Assembly (NCBI RefSeq): GCF_902713615.1
Contig: NW_024055453.1
Coordinates: forward strand, 124,001 to 188,000
Direction: 5' to 3'
Length of the DNA stretch: 64,000 nt
From: Scyliorhinus canicula
Taxonomy: Eukaryota
The notes beneath the pieces are model-generated. The model did not search any database and had not been told where the DNA came from. It saw only the letters and a list, made by a program, of their open reading frames with translations. Shown here one piece after another: positions 59,046 to 64,000 of this stretch. The position numbers and the translations under genes are program-made. Position 1 is the first letter of the stretch. Every line of letters begins with the position of its first letter.

Positions 59046-61118
59046 TGTAAGGATCCTCTTCTTGATCCCTGTCTGCCCCTTTCTTTCCCTTTTAATTTCT
59101 GTTTTTCTATTTAGAAAGGCATGGCGGCACAATGGTTAGCACTGCAGCCTCACAGCACCAGGGACCCAGTTTCAATTCCGGCCTCCATGTGGAGTCCACA
59201 GATATGCAGGTTAGGTAATAATCTTTATTGTCACAAGTAAACTTACGTTAAGACTGCAATGAAGTTACTGTGAAAATCCCCTAGTCGCCACATTCTGGCA
59301 CCTGTTCGGGTGCACAGAGGGAGAATTCAGAATGTCCAAATTAACTAACAAGCACATCTTTCGGGACATGTGGGAGGAAGCCAGAGCACCCGGAGGAACC
59401 CCACGCAGCCATGGGGTGAACGTGCAGGCTCTGCATAGACAGTGACCTAAGCCGAGAATCGAACCTGGGACCCTGGAGCTATGAAGCAACAGTGCTACCC
59501 ACTGTGCCACCGTAGATTTGCCACATTAAATTGCCCTTTAATGTCCAGGGATGTGCAGGTTAGGTTCTCGGTTATGGGGTTAAGGCGAGTAGAAGAGAGA
59601 ATGTAAAAGGGTAGAGTGCTCATTCAAAGGGCTGGAGCAGACTCGATGGGCTGAATGGCCTCCTTCTGCACTGCAGGGATTCTATGATGTTTTTATGATT
59701 CTATTTAATTATTTGTATATGGACAACAATATGCCAATATCTTTAAGATGGACTTCACCTTTAATTGTAAAACAGGGATCTCCAGCAGGATATGCTATTT
59801 GGTCTGACATCAATGATGGCACATCTTAATGGACTTGGCTGTCGGCCAATGGACTGGTTCAGATTGCTGGGCCTTATCAATGGGTTGTGCTAATTGGTCA
59901 GGTTTTTCTCTGGAATGAGTTTCTTGGGCTGCCTTGGGCTTGAGTGCCTTGGGCAGCACGGTAGCATGGTGGTTAGCATAAATGCTTCACAGCTCCAGGG
60001 TCCCAGGTTTGGTTCCCGGCTGGGTCACTGTCTGTGCGGAGTCTGCACGTCCTCCCCGTGTGTGCGTGCGTTTCCTCTGGGTGCTCCGGTTTCCTCCCAC
60101 AGGCCAAAGATGTGCGGGTTAGGTGGATTGGCCATGCTAAATTGCCCGTAGTGTCCTAAAAAGTAAGGTGGGGGGGGGGGTTGTTGGGTTACGGATAAAG
60201 GGTGGATACGTGGGTTTGAGTAGGGTGATCATTGCTCGGCACAACATCAAGGGCCGAAGGGCCTGTTCTGTGCTGTACTGTTCTATGTTCTATGAAAGGG
60301 TAAAACTCTGTCAAACCTGGAGCTCACTCCAGGTAAATGGATCCGCCAACTTTCCCTTTCTAACTAGCCTGTGGGTGTTTAATCCTGAAGACAGAGCTGG
60401 AGGGAACTCTTTGAGTTTCACTCCCTGAAAGGTTACCACACCTTTCTAAGATGTTGTGGAAGATTCTTCTCTGATACTCCATTTTCCTCAGTTAAGCTCG
60501 GGGACATTCTGGTGAGTCTGGAAAGCAGTGCAGTTTCAATCACAAGTTGAAGCTGGGGAGAAAGTGAGACCAAGAGCTTAAGAATTACACAGCACTGAGG
60601 CTGTTCGTTTGGAGTGAAGGCCCAGGTTAACACAAGTTAAAGTGATTCCCCATTGGGAATCCTATAGCTGGGACTTCTGGCTGAATGCTACTGCCAAAAG
60701 ATCCTCGTTAGCGATCCAACCGGCGGTTACAATCACCCCTCGGCTTGGGAGGACAGCTTCTGCTGCAACAATATCAGCATCCGAAGCAAGAACACTCATC
60801 TTCCATTTCATATTCATCCTCTTATTATTTTTACCCCTTCTCCTCCCTTTGCGTGTCTCCGTCTTGTGTGTGTTTTGGTGGAGGGTCAGATGGTAAAAGG
60901 GGGGACTGATAGATTATCTGGCCATTATTCTATTATAATTATTGCTTGTTTTATTTCTATCTTTGTTATAAATAAACAGTTGTTGTGTTTCACTTACAAA
61001 TCTGATGCCTGTAAGTTATTGGAGTAGTCAAGGGCCAAAGATTTTGGATACTTTAGAATTCACTTGTGTTGGGACTCTGGGTCTGTGGGACTGGAATTGA
61101 CCGCAGGGTGATGTAACA
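59046..61118 (+). mobile_element. Solo LTR inserted in an HE1 SINE, itself carrying nested SINEs (59115-59690, 59951-60295)
   Basis: TGTAAG...GTAACA termini, AATAAA near 60971, flanks acat/atac (each one change from acac); host SINE resumes at 61119. Confidence 0.6.
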
Positions 61119-62041
61119 ATACCAAGAGGCAATTTAACATGGCAAATCCACCTAACCTTCAAATCTTTGAACTGTGGGAGGAAACCCACACAGACAGGGG
61201 AGAACGTACAAACTCCACACATCAAGTCAACGAAGATCAGAATCGAACCTGTGTCCCTGGCACTGTGAAGCAGCAGTGCTAACCACTATGCTACAGTGCA
61301 GCCCTCAAGGAGGCCACTTGGCCTATCGATCTCTTTGAGGGCAGCCACAGTGGTGTACTGCTGCCTCACAGCACCAGGAACCCGGGTTCAGTTCTATCCT
61401 TGGGCCAGGGACATACATCTGTCTGGCAGCCTGCATGATAGGAAGCTGTGAGCATAGATTTGTCAATCAGCCTGAATCAGAACCATCAGTAGAATTTGGA
61501 AGATGATTATCAGGTACAGCAGAATGAGAATGGAGGGAGAATGTGTTGGATGAAGATTTATAGCTTTTCAGTACACGAGTGAGGAAACAAATTTCACATC
61601 AACTAGAATTGTCTGTTCTGAATTTCTATCTTGTACTGGCAGTAATGACACTTGTAAATTCCTTTCACAGGATAATGGAAGGAGAGAATTTATGGAGGAA
61701 ACCAAACGCAAGTTGAGATCTGACCGAGTCACTCAGTTCATACTAACCTGAATATCATTGGCTTTTGAATCTAGAAGGAGATATGTTTGCCTATTCCTCC
61801 TGCTTCAAAAGATTTTAAAAATCAGTGTGACTGCCAAAGCACCGGGATACACAGACACACAGACACCCAATTTAGCGGGTTCCATTGTACAAACTGTGGA
61901 AAGAGCTTTAAACACTAACACAGTCTGAAAAAGACATTGCGCCACTCACAAAGCGGGGAGGGATCGTACTGTGTTCTATGTATTTGTGGACAAGGCTTCA
62001 AATCATCTTTCAACTGGGAGAGAGGCAGGGGCATCTGGAGC

Positions 62042-62632
62042 ATGGCGAAACCGTGGAAATGTGGAGAATGTGAGAGGGGATTTATTTGCCCGTCCCAGCT
62101 GGAAATCCATCGGCGTCGCCATACCGGGGAGAGGCCATTCACCTGCCCTGATTGTGGGCAGGCATTCACTGAATCATCTACGCTGCGGAGACATCTCCGA
62201 GTTCACACCGGGGAGAGGCCGTTCACCTGCTCCGATTGTGGGAAGAGATTCGCTGATTCGTCTACCCTGCTGAAACATGAGCGTGTTCACACTGGGGAGA
62301 GGCCGTTCCTCTGCTCAGTGTGTGAAAAGGGATTTAATCAGTCATCCGCCCTGCGGAAACACCAGCGAATTCACACCGGGGAGAGGCCATTCACCTGCTC
62401 TCAGTGTGAGAAGGGATTCAGTGATTCATCTAACCTGCAAAAGCACCAGCGAATTCACACTGGGGAAAGGCCGTTCACCTGCTCTGCCTGTGGGAAGGGA
62501 TTCAGTCGTTCGTCCACCCTGCTGTCACACCAACGACTTCACACCGGGGAGAGACCATTCATCTGCTCTGACTGTGAGAAGGGATTCACTCAGTCATCCA
62601 CACTCAAGAAACACCAGCAAATTCACAAATGA
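62042..62632 (+). CDS. C2H2 zinc-finger protein, 7 intact fingers
   Basis: MAKPWKC start, canonical TGERP linkers; acceptor ctttcacag/G at ~61670. Confidence 0.9.
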   Translation: MAKPWKCGECERGFICPSQLEIHRRRHTGERPFTCPDCGQAFTESSTLRRHLRVHTGERPFTCSDCGKRFADSSTLLKHERVHTGERPFLCSVCEKGFNQSSALRKHQRIHTGERPFTCSQCEKGFSDSSNLQKHQRIHTGERPFTCSACGKGFSRSSTLLSHQRLHTGERPFICSDCEKGFTQSSTLKKHQQIHK

Positions 62633-64000
62633 CAGGTTGATTTATGGGGTACAAGAAATTACCATTGCAAAATGAATGAAGTTTCACAAGCCTTAACCAT
62701 CCAGCCAGAATGGACACTTCAAATGGTCAATTCATAGGATTCATTAGCTGTTCAGAGGTAGGAAAGTAACAAGTTAAAAAGATTTTTTTAAACTTTCAAT
62801 GAAAAGTACGTCACCATCAAGACGGAAGATGAAACATATCTGTCAGCTGGGCTACTATATAAAGTATTTTTATTAATGATTTTCGGAAGGTACAATTGCT
62901 GAGCTGACAGGTTGGTTCCAGCAGGTCACATGCTGGGTTCTGGAAGTTTCTGAGTAGTTTCAAAGTGAACAAAGGCTAACACCCCAGATGTCCTGGAATG
63001 TAACACATCTTCCATCACATGAACATTCCAGCTAAGCCACACAGTGGCCCAGCAGACAGTGGGTCTGTCTGCCCCAACCAGTTACCAACAAAGCCATCTG
63101 GTTGCAAATCCTAATCTTCAATAATGGTAAGAAGTCTTACAACACCAGGTTACAATCCAACAGGTTTGTTTCAAACATCATGGCTACCCTCAATAATGGT
63201 GCCAATGGCCTCACATTAACTGTTCTGAAGCAAACGTTTGAACATGAAACCAGTGTCTCGAAGAATAAAAGGAACCCTGATTACAACTGAATGCCTCGAG
63301 CTTCCAGCCCTGGGAAAATTATCCTTTATTCAACATCGCGGAGGAATGGTGGAAGGCTTTCCCAAGCTGGTAGCACGTGTAATATTGTCCTGGGGAATTG
63401 AACGCGGGCAGTCTCTGCTGGATCTCCGGGAAACAGCTCCAGGCACGCAGCCTGCGCTGTCCACCATCTTACCTTCAACCCCCGGTGGGGGCAGTAAGAA
63501 CTCTGACCCTCATCGAACTGCAAAGCAAGGAAGGGGGTGGACATGTGAGCACAGGAAGCGGCTGCATTTTCTCGAGCTCTGGCACTTCTCATCTTTTAAT
63601 CCTTGTTTTTAATCTGGGTGGACATTACATAATTACTTGCTTTTGGAGTACGTGCCTCGTACTATGTCCCTGGAAGATCCTGGCTGGACTTTAGCGATGA
63701 GGATCCGAGTTGAGGACTCAGTGGTTGGGGTGGGCCCAGCTTGCAGTGGTGGTTTTGCTGGTGAGCAGGCCTACAACTCGGCTGTGATGTTGACATTGTG
63801 ATGGTGGCTGCCATTAGGAAGGATGTTGTGGCCGATAGTCTCTGCTCCGTGGTGCAGCTTGTTGCTGCTCACTTTGATGAACTGCGAAACATCCTTGAGA
63901 GAACAGTGGAATCGGAGATGAGAATCCGTTTGCTCGTTGGGGCAAACTACCCAGTGAGGGCTCGTATGAATACGAAATCCTGTTGCACGGGGTGTTGATT

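Noticed and set aside
63240-64000. Moderately GC-rich stretch with short ORFs, possibly LTR-element internal sequence
   Set aside because: No recognisable gag, pol or other motif in the supplied ORFs; left unassigned pending a TBLASTX search.

Overview
Eukaryotic genomic DNA, almost certainly from a shark (probably a catshark), inferred from HE1/V-SINE-type SINEs, CR1/L2/Rex1/L1/Penelope retroelements and intron-exon structure. The window is part of a tandem C2H2 zinc-finger (ZNF) gene cluster undergoing birth-and-death evolution. It holds five long finger-array ORFs (2813-3643 -, 29986-31344 -, 40255-41205 -, 52628-53329 +, 62042-62632 +), a recently duplicated pair with reciprocal damage (15541-16017 and 21951-22762), frameshifted pseudogenes (8910-9756, 53450-54170) and several exon-only remnants. 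No KRAB, SCAN, BTB or other effector domain is visible. Instead the paralogs share an invariant first finger (WKC..C...F.YPS.LE.H), dead fingers in the 5' UTR, a conserved 3' tail (..AV.HIQD*), and promoter cassettes, one containing a CCAAT-flanked GGAGGACC/GGTCCTCC inverted repeat. The rest is nested transposable elements: a young hAT (Buster/Charlie-type) insertion whose empty site survives in the duplicate copy, Penelope ends with minimal hammerhead-ribozyme motifs, a solo LTR, LINE fragments and modular SINEs. Three tRNA pseudogenes are also present. Everything was read by eye, so repeat boundaries are approximate and family names rest on recognised motifs, not database hits.
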